The position numbers and the translations under genes are program-made. This document shows, piece after piece, positions 15,262 to 23,796 of a stretch of DNA of 39,836 nucleotides. The DNA is taken from the NCBI GenBank assembly GCA_903875555.1, contig CAIQWN010000037.1, positions 1 to 39,836 on the forward strand. Reading direction: 5' to 3'. Every line of letters starts with the position of its first letter. Within the stretch, counting starts at the first letter, position 1. Source of the stretch: an uncultured bacterium (lineage in GTDB: Bacteria; Patescibacteriota; Minisyncoccia; Phycocordibacterales; UBA5272). The notes under the pieces are model-generated. The model made no database searches. It was not told the origin of the DNA and saw nothing but the letters and a program-made list of their open reading frames with translations.

Positions 15262-15768
15262 TTAAATCATTATTTTCTCTAAAATATTTCTTTGATTTTT
15301 TAGATAAGAAATTTTTGCACCTGTTCGTTTCAGTAAAATAGAACACTTTTCTTCTGTCGATGGCGACAGTATTACTTTTAATTTATTTTTTTCTATCAAA
15401 AAATTTACTAATGAAGCATAATCTCCATCACTAGAAACAAGCAAAGCATTATCATATACGTTCTCATAAAAATCCTGAACTGTTTTAAGAACTAGATCAG
15501 CGTCACAGTTCCCCTTTGCTTTACCATTACCATCATAAACAACCTCTTTGAAGATAATTTTATAACCCGCTTCTTGTAAATGAGTATAAAGATTATTATA
15601 TTTTGGAATATTTCCTAAAAATATATACGCTTCGGTTACTGAATATTTTTCTGTAAGCCAAATACGAAATTTTTTATAATCTAGTTCCCACTTTAGATAA
15701 GTTATTACACCTTGATGAAGATTCGCTCCGTCTATAAAAGCATAATTATTTTCTTTAGTTTTATTCAT
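15262..15768 (-). CDS. NYN (LabA/DUF88-like) domain protein, predicted RNase fold
   Basis: 168 aa. YAFIDGANLHQG at the N-terminus and CDADL...LVSSDGDY match NYN/PIN-like acidic motifs. TGATATAAT-N6-ATG lies upstream. Confidence 0.75.
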   Translation of the reverse strand: MNKTKENNYAFIDGANLHQGVITYLKWELDYKKFRIWLTEKYSVTEAYIFLGNIPKYNNLYTHLQEAGYKIIFKEVVYDGNGKAKGNCDADLVLKTVQDFYENVYDNALLVSSDGDYASLVNFLIEKNKLKVILSPSTEEKCSILLKRTGAKISYLKNQRNILEKIMI

Positions 15769-15783
15769 ACAAATATTATATCA

Positions 15784-15991
15784 CCACATTTAAAAACACC
15801 TTTCTAATTTTTCTAAATTCCTCAAACCTTTAACTTTAAAATCAACAAACACCACTTCGCGATTACGCTTCGCGGTGCACGGCAAAGAAAAAAGGTTCGA
15901 GGAAGTGAAGAACAACGAAGATACAGCGAGTAGCAACGAGCGGTATACACAAAATGAAGAACAAACTCTGTGTCAGCCAATGAATTATCAT
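15784..15991 (-). pseudogene. Orphan plsC-type 5' end, copy B (own promoter and ATG, premature stop, frameshift)
   Basis: TGGTATTAT-N6-ATG is at 15991. The translation MIIHWLTQSLFFILCIPLVATRCIFVVLHFLEPFFFAVHREA* is followed, out of frame, by FVDFKVKGLRNLEKLER. Compare real PlsC: MIPFILQSIS...FVDFKVKGLKNLKGLES. Confidence 0.65.
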
Positions 15992-16206
15992 TTTATTATA
16001 ATACCACGAAAATAAATTTTCCGTTTCTGTCTAGGCCCTTCCTAGACATTATATTTTTTGTAAGGATTTTTCTGGCAAGGCAAGACCTTGCCATTCGCAA
16101 TCTTTGGCAAGGTCTTGCCTTGCAGAATTGTTTTTAAAAAAGAGAGGTCGGCCGATGAATCAATTAACAGGTCGGTCATTGCTGGACCCAAGGCAATGAC
16201 CGACCT
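15992..16206. repeat. Unit A': second copy of the plsC upstream region, with extra inserted hairpins
   Basis: Alignment by eye to 14957-15137. It also contains TGGCAAGG-CAAGA-CCTTGCCA and a partial GGTCGGCC. Confidence 0.65.
16169..16206. repeat. GC-rich hairpin family, copy 4 (14-bp stem, loop TGGACCCAAG)
   Basis: AGGTCGGTCATTGC-TGGACCCAAG-GCAATGACCGACCT. Confidence 0.75.
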
Positions 16207-16331
16207 CTATGTTTTTATTGTCCACACCGACATCTTGCTTTTTTATACAAAAAAATGTAGTGTATACATATGCCTGTGGGCGAAAGCCTTGTTCGGATAA
16301 GAGATCTCTAAGCCGAAGAACAGGCATAATT

Positions 16332-16359
16332 AAAAAAACATCTTTCGAGATGTTTTTTT
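16332..16359 (-). terminator. Bidirectional A/T-flanked terminator hairpin downstream of ORF 16363-16776
   Basis: AAAAAAACATCT-TTCG-AGATGTTTTTTT. Confidence 0.7.
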
Positions 16360-16362
16360 AAT

Positions 16363-16776
16363 TTATTTCTTCAATTTCATAATACTCCAAAAAATAATTT
16401 TACCATTACCTGTTCTCTTCAAAACAACCTTAACTTTTACATCTCTGTTTTTACCAACATTTGCAACAAGTGACCAAAATTCTACATCTTTTTGAACAGC
16501 TCCTTTCTTACGATTTTTTGGTTGCTTATCTTTTTTATACTCATCTATTTTTTCAGCACATTTCAATACTGGCACAGCAAGTGGTATTAATTTTAATTTA
16601 AAAATTCTTTCCTTAAGCAACCTCGCTGTTCCTCCACCATCATATTCCATATGATGAAAGCCTTGTGCATTAAAAACTACTTCTGAATTTAAACAAGGAC
16701 AATACACACCACCTATCTTGTCATATATTTCCCGTGCATTATTTTTAAAAAAATCCAAATCGTCTTTTTCACTCAT
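16363..16776 (-). CDS. Hypothetical 137-aa protein (cassette gene)
   Basis: Clean ORF with TGATATAAT-N6-ATG upstream and its own terminator. No family was recognised. The C-terminal half is Lys-rich. Confidence 0.55.
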   Translation of the reverse strand: MSEKDDLDFFKNNAREIYDKIGGVYCPCLNSEVVFNAQGFHHMEYDGGGTARLLKERIFKLKLIPLAVPVLKCAEKIDEYKKDKQPKNRKKGAVQKDVEFWSLVANVGKNRDVKVKVVLKRTGNGKIIFWSIMKLKK

Positions 16777-16788
16777 AAAATAATTATA

Positions 16789-16865
16789 TCACCACATTTA
16801 AAAACCCATTTCCAATTTTTCTAAATTTCTCAAGCATTTAACTTTAAAATAAAGACAAATCTTTT
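16789..16865 (-). pseudogene. Orphan plsC-type 5' fragment, copy B' (decayed)
   Basis: The minus strand reads TTTATTTTAAAGTTAAATGCTTGAGAAATTTAGAAAAATTGGAAATGGGTTTTTAAATGTGGTGATATAAT. This is near-identical to the junction of copy B and contains in-frame stops. Confidence 0.55.
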
Positions 16866-16938
16866 TGACTCCTCGACTCAAAAATATAAAAGATTACTTT
16901 TATATTTCACTCATCTTACGTCGCCAATCAACAAACAA

Positions 16939-17877
16939 TTATTTAACAGACTCAATAAGTAAACTCATCAACTCTTTCATTTCATATCCACAAACTTTTG
17001 CTTGCTGTGGAATAAACGAAGTCTTTGTCATACCAGGAACAGTGTTTATTTCAAGTACATATAATTTATCATCTCTTAAGATCATATCTGTTCGTGAAAT
17101 TGATCTACATCCCAAAACCTTATGACACCGTACTACTGTTTCTTTTATTCTATTCATTAAATCATTACCTACTTCTGCTGGTGTAACTTCTATACAACCA
17201 CCTTGTGTATATTTTGCTTCATAATCAAAAAGTTCACCTTTTGTTAAAACAACCTCAGAGGCAACAAGTGGTGTCGCAACGTTATTTATCTCAATAACCC
17301 CACAAGTAAACTCCCTACCTTTCACAAATTCCTGTGCGAGTAATTCATTATGATTTTCAAAAATTTTATTTAAAGAATTTTTATATTCTTCTTCATTGTT
17401 TAATTTAAACAAATCAACAGACGACCCTTCATCAACTGGCTTAACAATAATTGGAAAATTAAACGGCACAGAAAAATCATTTTTATTTATAATTTTACTT
17501 TGCGGAATGTTTATTTCGTTTTCTTGTAAAACTTTATTAGTTTTATTTTTATCAATAGTCAGTCTTGAAACTTCTGATGAATGTCCGACAAACTTTATCC
17601 CTGCTTTTTCTAATTTTTCTTGAAGCTCTCCATCTTCACCGTATTCTCCGTGAATAATTGGAAAAACAACATCTATATTTATATTTTTAATTTCATTTAT
17701 TCCGTCTTCTTCGTTAAAAATTTCTTCACCAATCTTATATTTTTTATTTTTATCGACAAAAATTTCTAAAACATCAAATTTTTCTCGATCTATATTTTCT
17801 AAAATATTTTTCGCAGAAGAAACAGACACTTCATGCTCACTTCCTGGGCCTCCATAAATTATCGCAACTTTTTTCAT
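16939..17877 (-). CDS. ddl: D-alanine--D-alanine ligase
   Basis: 312 aa. The N-terminus is KVAIIYGGPGSEHEVSVSSAKNI, with an ATP-grasp body and the C-terminal motif LEINTVPGMT. Confidence 0.9.
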   Translation of the reverse strand: MKKVAIIYGGPGSEHEVSVSSAKNILENIDREKFDVLEIFVDKNKKYKIGEEIFNEEDGINEIKNINIDVVFPIIHGEYGEDGELQEKLEKAGIKFVGHSSEVSRLTIDKNKTNKVLQENEINIPQSKIINKNDFSVPFNFPIIVKPVDEGSSVDLFKLNNEEEYKNSLNKIFENHNELLAQEFVKGREFTCGVIEINNVATPLVASEVVLTKGELFDYEAKYTQGGCIEVTPAEVGNDLMNRIKETVVRCHKVLGCRSISRTDMILRDDKLYVLEINTVPGMTKTSFIPQQAKVCGYEMKELMSLLIESVK

Positions 17878-18227
17878 TTTAATTTTGTAAATTTAATTTC
17901 TGTAAAATCTTTATGTTGCTTATCGGTGTCACCTTTTTCATCTTTTATACAACTTGTTCCCCTGCATAAATCTGGTCTATTTTCATAATCTAAACATTTT
18001 CCTGTGTTTTTATCATAATTTATACAATCAAAAGTAGCAACTCTAACTTTTTCCTCCATACCTTCTGGCGAAATTATTTCATCTCTTTCTTTCCATAAAT
18101 CACCACCGTTTTTATCTTTTGGTAATTCCAAACCATTGACAATTGCTCTTTGATTAATTTTTACAGGATTACAACAAAAACTACAATTCTTATCTTCGCA
18201 CGGAGCATGTTTATTAAAACTTTCCAT
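17874..18227 (-). CDS. YkgJ-family cysteine-cluster (CxxCxxCC-type) protein
   Basis: C-rich motifs CEDKNCSFCCNP and CINYDKNTGKCLDYENRPDLCR. The track start at 18233 is a GTG. ATG 18227 sits exactly 6 nt below TGATATAAT and is preferred. There is a 4-nt overlap with ddl. Confidence 0.7.
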   Translation of the reverse strand: MESFNKHAPCEDKNCSFCCNPVKINQRAIVNGLELPKDKNGGDLWKERDEIISPEGMEEKVRVATFDCINYDKNTGKCLDYENRPDLCRGTSCIKDEKGDTDKQHKDFTEIKFTKLK

Positions 18228-18242
18228 AAACACATTATATCA

Positions 18243-18410
18243 CTTCTCCAGCCTATAAACCCTTTCACTTTGAAATCAACAAATAAAAAGAAGAGAGGTT
18301 CGAGAAAGCGATGAGCTCGACGAAGCGAAGAACGAGGAAGATATCCGAAGTTGGCAAACTGAGGATACGAAGAGAATGTTTGGAGTAGCAATGATCGGTA
18401 TAAAAAAATA
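18243..18410 (-). pseudogene. Orphan plsC-type 5' fragment, copy B'' (lacks the start; truncated by the RND terminator)
   Basis: The minus-strand frame reads ...RFLEPLFFLFVDFKVKGF. TATACCGATCATTGCTACT matches TATACCGCTCGTTGCTACT of copy B. Confidence 0.55.
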
Positions 18411-18441
18411 AAAAAACTGCCCCAAAAAATCATGGGGCAGC
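18411..18441 (-). terminator. Rho-independent terminator overlapping the RND gene stop
   Basis: The minus strand reads CTGCCCC-ATGATTTTTT-GGGGCAG followed by TTTTTTTATTTTTTT. Confidence 0.7.
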
Positions 18442-20736
18442 CTTGCGCACACAATGCGCGAGTAACGCGGGCATTACTACGAGGGTTCCTATTGCTGAGA
18501 AAGCAAGTACTACTATCAGCAGAACACCCATATTGTGCACCGGTTGAAAAATTGAAAAGCAAAGCGGGAAGAAAATGGACATATTGATTACCATATCCTC
18601 CAAAATAACCTTACCTTCTAATTTCACTGAAAGAACAACTGCGTTTGCAACTTCTTCACCTTTAACCAACAACTTTTGAAACCTGTTGGTAAAGTAAATC
18701 GCAAAGTCTATCGAAGCGTTGATTGCCATTGCTCCGATAACAGCAGTAGAAATGTCGAGTGGAATATCCGCAAGCACCATAAAAATCACAATGCAAGCAG
18801 ATGCAAACAGAAATGGTACAGACATCACGATACCACCTCTTATCGCGCCAAGTTTTTGCTTTCGCACTTTGTAGCCAGTCCAGAAAATCCAGATAGCCGT
18901 AAGCACAATCACACTCACCTGACTCGTGATCACATTCATCGGTTTACCAAGCACGACATATTCGTCGATACTTGGATACTGTGCAAGCTTACCAAATAGT
19001 GAGACCTTGAGTTTCGGGAAATCCTTGCGAATTTCTACAATCGAATCACGCAGTTCTCTCATCGAGATACTACTTTCTGCAGAAGACGACACCGACAAGC
19101 GATAACCTCTTTCATTCCACAAGACTTCTTTGAACGGATTTAAATACAAACCGAACTCCGCATTTAATTGATCAAGCTCTTTTTGACTTGTTGGAAATTC
19201 CTTACCGAACTTCTCACGAAGTGCGCCTTGCAACATATTCGGCACACCGTATACTTCACGTGCGTTTTTTGCTTTGTGCAAAGATTTCATAAGTCTGAGA
19301 GTTTCGTTAAACCTCTCAAGTTCCGACACATCTTCACTTCCTGCTTCCACAAAAAGTTCAATTGTATCAAAGCCAGGGTTTTGCCCATAACTCATAAAAC
19401 CTGCGGTTCTGTATACAAGCGTGTCTTTGATGTAATCGCCTGGCACACTCTTGATCACAAGATCTCCTTGATAAATCATTGCCCCAGATATTAAAAGAGG
19501 AACAACAAGAAGAAACAAAGCAACTTTGAAACTCGCAAGCTTCATCTTCATCAATTCATCGTCTTCGTTTTTACCTTGCACTGGTGTGAACCTATACAAA
19601 ACAGGAACAAGATAAACAGAAATCAGATAAAGATTAACGACTCCACAAGCCGATATAATACCAAGCTCGCGAATAGCAAGAACTTCAAATGACCACAGCG
19701 TGATGAATCCGAAGAAACTAATGACGCAGGTGATACCGATAAGTGATTTAACTTTTTTGAGAGCGTCATCCCAATTGCCATACTTGTTGTATGACTTAAA
19801 GAGATGAAGAGAAAATGAAACCCCTTGTACGATACAGTTGGTATAAGCCAACAGCACATACACCCTCTCTCTCATCGAAAAACCCAAAACGTCGAGCAAT
19901 CCAATCTCGCCACGCATCCACACTACACTTAACAAAACAATACACAATGTGGAGAACAACGATTGCGAAACAGACCCAAGAAAGAAAATAAAAAGCACGG
20001 TAGAAATAATCATACCAATAGTTACAGTTTTCAAGATGTCGGCATTAAGCGCGCCATCAATCAAACCGCGACCCATTATCCAACCCGACACCATTAATGC
20101 TGTGTCCCTAGGTTCAATATCACTTTTTATAAACCATTCAAGCGCAGAGATTTCGCGATCTTCCAAAACTTCAACAACACTGCGGAAAACTTCGACTTCG
20201 TCTGCGCCCTGCTTAGGATACAATGCGAAAATTACAAATCCTGCATCTGCTCTGCCGATCAAACTACTAACACTCGGATTGTGAGAAACAAATTCTCCCC
20301 ACGACAAAGTATTAACTACATACTGCGGACCGTCTTCATATTTTGAACGATACAGCTGACTTCTTGTATTTGTACAACTTTCAATTTTGAAATCTTTACC
20401 ACGACCACCGTAGCACGGAACGTTAACAATACTAACAACAGTCGCATCTTTTAGTTTAGGAGGCGTAACCAATTTTTTATGAAAGGCTTCCACCTCCTTA
20501 AGCTCAGATTCCAACGAATCGGAACCCTCAACGCTGATGAGTTGTCTAATCAAATAAACAGCCTCATCGCTGTGCAATACTTTATGCACATAGCGATCTT
20601 CATTCAGAAAAATATCTTCTTCATTTAGAATCGCACCATCGAGTACTCCACCTTTTTTCGTCCAATACACATTACTCCACAGAAGGAGTGCTGTGCAGAG
20701 AACGAACAAGATCCCAACAAAAATTCTCTTGAACAT
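18430..20736 (-). CDS. RND-superfamily / MMPL-like membrane exporter
   Basis: 768 aa with two hydrophobic 5-6 helix bundles, each preceded by a large soluble loop. It has an AAGGAG Shine-Dalgarno 7 nt upstream of the ATG, unlike most genes here. The call rests on topology. Confidence 0.6.
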   Translation of the reverse strand: MFKRIFVGILFVLCTALLLWSNVYWTKKGGVLDGAILNEEDIFLNEDRYVHKVLHSDEAVYLIRQLISVEGSDSLESELKEVEAFHKKLVTPPKLKDATVVSIVNVPCYGGRGKDFKIESCTNTRSQLYRSKYEDGPQYVVNTLSWGEFVSHNPSVSSLIGRADAGFVIFALYPKQGADEVEVFRSVVEVLEDREISALEWFIKSDIEPRDTALMVSGWIMGRGLIDGALNADILKTVTIGMIISTVLFIFFLGSVSQSLFSTLCIVLLSVVWMRGEIGLLDVLGFSMRERVYVLLAYTNCIVQGVSFSLHLFKSYNKYGNWDDALKKVKSLIGITCVISFFGFITLWSFEVLAIRELGIISACGVVNLYLISVYLVPVLYRFTPVQGKNEDDELMKMKLASFKVALFLLVVPLLISGAMIYQGDLVIKSVPGDYIKDTLVYRTAGFMSYGQNPGFDTIELFVEAGSEDVSELERFNETLRLMKSLHKAKNAREVYGVPNMLQGALREKFGKEFPTSQKELDQLNAEFGLYLNPFKEVLWNERGYRLSVSSSAESSISMRELRDSIVEIRKDFPKLKVSLFGKLAQYPSIDEYVVLGKPMNVITSQVSVIVLTAIWIFWTGYKVRKQKLGAIRGGIVMSVPFLFASACIVIFMVLADIPLDISTAVIGAMAINASIDFAIYFTNRFQKLLVKGEEVANAVVLSVKLEGKVILEDMVINMSIFFPLCFSIFQPVHNMGVLLIVVLAFSAIGTLVVMPALLAHCVRKAAP

Positions 20737-20917
20737 CGTACACTCCTTTAAAAATCCATATTAAATTGACAACGTGCCAAAATCAGTAAACCTTATAAGT
20801 ATACATAATTTATGCAATTTGTCAAGTGTATATACCCAAAAAACCTCTTATTTTTCAAGTGTTTTTTAATTTAAATATAGATATAGCACAAGAATAAAAA
20901 TCTGCTAGAATATAATT

Positions 20918-21832
20918 ATGGAAAAAGAAAGTAAATCAAACTTTTTTAGCAGACTATTTTTGTTTATTATTTACGGTGGTTTTCTTTTTGCTGTTTATAT
21001 TTTTATAAATAGATCACCTTGTGATAAACCAATCACCTACTCTATCGGAAGAGTTGACGGCGAGTTTGGTATTAGTAAAAGTGATGTCCAAAAATACACA
21101 AACAACGCAAGTAATATTTGGAATAAAGCATTAAATAAAAATTTATTATCAGAAGCAACTAGTAGCAAAATAACTATCAATTTTATATTTGATGAAAGAC
21201 AGCGTGCCACAATTCAAGCACAAAAATTAAAAGCAGAAATCGAAGAACAAAAAAATAATTTAAATAATTTAAAAAATAATATAGATATTCTACGAAGTGA
21301 ATACGACACCCAAAAATCTGCTTTTGATCTCGCACAAACAGATTACAACTCTCACCTAACTACATATAATAACGAGGTTACAATATGGAACAAAAAAGGT
21401 GGTGCACCAAAAGATATTTATGACCAACTAACTGCTGAAAAAATAAGTTTAGATAATAAATATAATCAATTAAATATTTCCATAAATGAACTTCAAAGAC
21501 TTGCCAACCAAATAAATACTTTAAGTCAAACTCACAACAACATCGTTTCGCAAGTAAACACAACAATAAGTTCAGCCAATCAAAACTCTGGCAAACAATT
21601 TGAAGAAGGTGTTTACGATCCAAACAACAAAACCATAACTATTTATGAATACGATTCTATAAATAGTTTGAAGCGTGTGCTTGCTCACGAACTCGGTCAC
21701 GCACTTGGAATTGATCACGTGCAAAACAAAGCTTCGATCATGTATTACTTAAACAATTCAAATAATCTAAAACCAACAACTGAAGATGTTTCTGCACTGC
21801 AAAAAATTTGTAAAATAAAAAAGATTATTTAA
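20918..21832 (+). CDS. Membrane-anchored matrixin-like (metzincin) zinc metalloprotease with a coiled-coil linker
   Basis: 304 aa. HELGHALGIDH (HExxHxxGxxH) is followed by the Met-turn candidate SIMYY. There is an N-terminal TM helix. TGCTAGAAT-N6-ATG lies upstream. Confidence 0.8.
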   Translation: MEKESKSNFFSRLFLFIIYGGFLFAVYIFINRSPCDKPITYSIGRVDGEFGISKSDVQKYTNNASNIWNKALNKNLLSEATSSKITINFIFDERQRATIQAQKLKAEIEEQKNNLNNLKNNIDILRSEYDTQKSAFDLAQTDYNSHLTTYNNEVTIWNKKGGAPKDIYDQLTAEKISLDNKYNQLNISINELQRLANQINTLSQTHNNIVSQVNTTISSANQNSGKQFEEGVYDPNNKTITIYEYDSINSLKRVLAHELGHALGIDHVQNKASIMYYLNNSNNLKPTTEDVSALQKICKIKKII

Positions 21833-21855
21833 CTAACGTCCTAAATTATTTTAAA

Positions 21856-22842
21856 CTATGATTCAATAAGATTTTTAATTGCCATTGCTAATTTTTCACT
21901 ATCATGACGAATAATACTGCGTGTTCCTGCAATATTGTCACTCTTGCTGATTTCTATTATTTTGGTTGAAAGTAATTTTTTGTTTATAACACGAGAGTCT
22001 TCATTTATATCGTTATTAACCATTACTCCATCACCTTCTTGTAATTCGTACTTTTCTATTTGTTCTTTGGTTGGTTCTTCATTATTAATTAAAACAATAT
22101 CAACTTTTCTATTCAAAAATTTTTCTATTTGTTCTAAATATTTCTTTGCTCCCCAATTTAAAGTGTGACCTTTCTTGTTTGTTAAATTAACAGGAACAAT
22201 AATTTTTGCTTTGGAATTTTGTATTGCTTGCGTAAAACCATTGACTATCAAATTAGGAACAATTGAACAATAAAAATTTCCTGGACCGATAATAATATAG
22301 TCAGCTTCTTCTATCGCATTTTTTGCGTGATTGTTTAAATTTACTTTTTCTTTATAAAAAATATTTTTTATAATATCACCACTATCTTCTATGTCTGAGT
22401 GATTAATAGTATTTTCTCCTTCAAGAATTTCTCCGCTATTTAATTCTATACACAAACTAGCAATATCTTCTGTTACAGGAATAACCTTTCCTTTTATTTT
22501 TAAAATTTCTGAAGCAACTTCAACACCAGAAACAAACGACCCAGAAACTTTTTCAAGAGCAGCAAGCAATATGTTTCCAAAAGAATGACCAGATAGATTG
22601 CCCTCTGTAAATCTATACGACATCAGAGAACGAACAATGTCCGAATGTTCAGAGAGAGCAACTAAACATTGTCTAACATCGCCTGGTGGAAGGACGCCGA
22701 GTTCATCACGAAGAAGACCTGTTGAACCACCATCATCTGCCATGCTTACTATCGCGCTTATTTCTATATTTGGAATACTTTTAATACCAGAAAGAATCGT
22801 GAATGATCCTGTCCCACCTCCTATTGTTACTACTTTTTTCAT
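21856..22842 (-). CDS. yvcK: YvcK/CofD-like (UPF0052) gluconeogenesis-factor family protein
   Basis: 328 aa. VVTIGGGTGSFTILSGIK...SAIVSMADDGGSTGLLRDELGVLPPGDVRQC is the family signature. Confidence 0.85.
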   Translation of the reverse strand: MKKVVTIGGGTGSFTILSGIKSIPNIEISAIVSMADDGGSTGLLRDELGVLPPGDVRQCLVALSEHSDIVRSLMSYRFTEGNLSGHSFGNILLAALEKVSGSFVSGVEVASEILKIKGKVIPVTEDIASLCIELNSGEILEGENTINHSDIEDSGDIIKNIFYKEKVNLNNHAKNAIEEADYIIIGPGNFYCSIVPNLIVNGFTQAIQNSKAKIIVPVNLTNKKGHTLNWGAKKYLEQIEKFLNRKVDIVLINNEEPTKEQIEKYELQEGDGVMVNNDINEDSRVINKKLLSTKIIEISKSDNIAGTRSIIRHDSEKLAMAIKNLIES

Positions 22843-22893
22843 AATTTTATTCTATCATCTTTAAATACAAAATTTTATAAAATAAAAAATATA

Positions 22894-22924
22894 GCGGCAA
22901 AGTGGTGTGTTCACACTTTGCCGC
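22894..22924 (-). terminator. Terminator downstream of the small acidic ORF
   Basis: The minus strand reads GCGGCAAAGTG-TGAACACAC-CACTTTGCCGC followed by TATATTTTTTATTTT. Confidence 0.6.
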
Positions 22925-23037
22925 CTAAGAACCGTTACAATTTATTTATTATGTTAAAGCACTTATCAGAATCTGGGTGGATCTTTACATCTTTTATTTA
23001 TGAATCTTTTATTGTACAAAATTAACGAATTAGTCAT

Positions 23038-23190
23038 TTAGTTGTAATCAGGGTCAGAAGGATCAGGTGTATTTCCCTGTTCCGTGCCAGCACCATCATC
23101 ATAGCCTCCTCCGTCAGGATCTTCACCCCAACTACCAGGATCGTCACATGTGGTTCTGTTCTTGATAAATTTGATTCTGTTAATGTTCAT
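23038..23190 (-). CDS. Possible 50-aa peptide with a basic N-terminus and an acidic Gly/Pro/Asp-rich C-terminus
   Basis: Manual translation gives MNINRIKFIKNRTTCDDPGSWGEDPDGGGYDDGAGTEQGNTPDPSDPDYN. GGAGG lies 6 nt upstream of the ATG, the ORF has its own terminator, and the segment is locally GC-rich. Confidence 0.4.
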   Translation of the reverse strand: MNINRIKFIKNRTTCDDPGSWGEDPDGGGYDDGAGTEQGNTPDPSDPDYN

Positions 23191-23308
23191 GATGAACCTC
23201 CATACAAAAATAGATACAATACCCTTTTACGCCGAAAAGCCAAAGAAAGAACTGTATCATTCTTTATACTACCAAGCACATTAATAAAGTCAATAGTTAA
23301 AATCAGAT

Positions 23309-23755
23309 CTATTGGTGATGATATTTTTCACCTTTAAGGATAGTAAATGCTCGATAAATTTGTTCTGTTAAAATTAATCTGACAAGCATATGAGGAAACA
23401 CGAAAGATGAAAGTTTCAAAATATAATTTGCTCTCTCTTTAACTTTTTCATTAACACCATAGGCTCCACCAATAATGAAAACTAAATTACGAACGGAATC
23501 AATCATTCTATTTTCTACCATCATTGCAAATTCTTCTGACTTCATCACACTTCCTTTTTCGTCAAGTAAAATTACGTAATCTTCTTTTTTAATTTTTTCC
23601 AAAATCTTTTCGCTTTCTTTATCTTTGTTTACATCGTGGTTTAAAAATAAAAATGAAATTGGAGCATATCTAAGTATTCTTGTTTCAAACATTTTAATTA
23701 CACCATCATATTCCTTTTCATTTTCTTTACCAACAGAAATTATTGTGATTTTCAT
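23309..23755 (-). CDS. rlmH: 23S rRNA (pseudouridine1915-N3)-methyltransferase RlmH (SPOUT)
   Basis: 148 aa. The pattern MKITIISVGK...LDEKG...FIIGGAYG...LSLS-like and the protein length are typical of RlmH. Confidence 0.85.
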   Translation of the reverse strand: MKITIISVGKENEKEYDGVIKMFETRILRYAPISFLFLNHDVNKDKESEKILEKIKKEDYVILLDEKGSVMKSEEFAMMVENRMIDSVRNLVFIIGGAYGVNEKVKERANYILKLSSFVFPHMLVRLILTEQIYRAFTILKGEKYHHQ

Positions 23756-23796
23756 TGGTATAATTTAACATTTTTAAAGGAAATATTCTATTTGAG

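Noticed and set aside
7637-16206. Possibility that the recurring hairpins or repeats form a CRISPR array
   Set aside because: The copies are kilobases apart, separated by genes, not regularly spaced, and differ in stem sequence. No cas genes are present.
18231-18233. GTG start for the ykgJ-like gene, as implied by the track
   Set aside because: The ATG two codons downstream (18227) sits exactly 6 nt below TGATATAAT, matching the geometry at the two sister cassettes.
7730-18410. Calling the cassette region a chromosomal integron
   Set aside because: The toxin-antitoxin cassettes with structured boundaries are reminiscent of one. However, no intI-like tyrosine recombinase, attI or attC consensus can be identified from the sequence, the cassettes carry their own promoters, and orientations are mixed. 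This is kept only as an analogy.
18161-18562. Track ORF, 133 aa, minus strand
   Set aside because: It spans the end of the RND gene, that gene's terminator, orphan plsC fragment B'' and the start of ykgJ. It is only informative because its frame exposes the ...FLEPLFFLFVDFKVKGF remnant.
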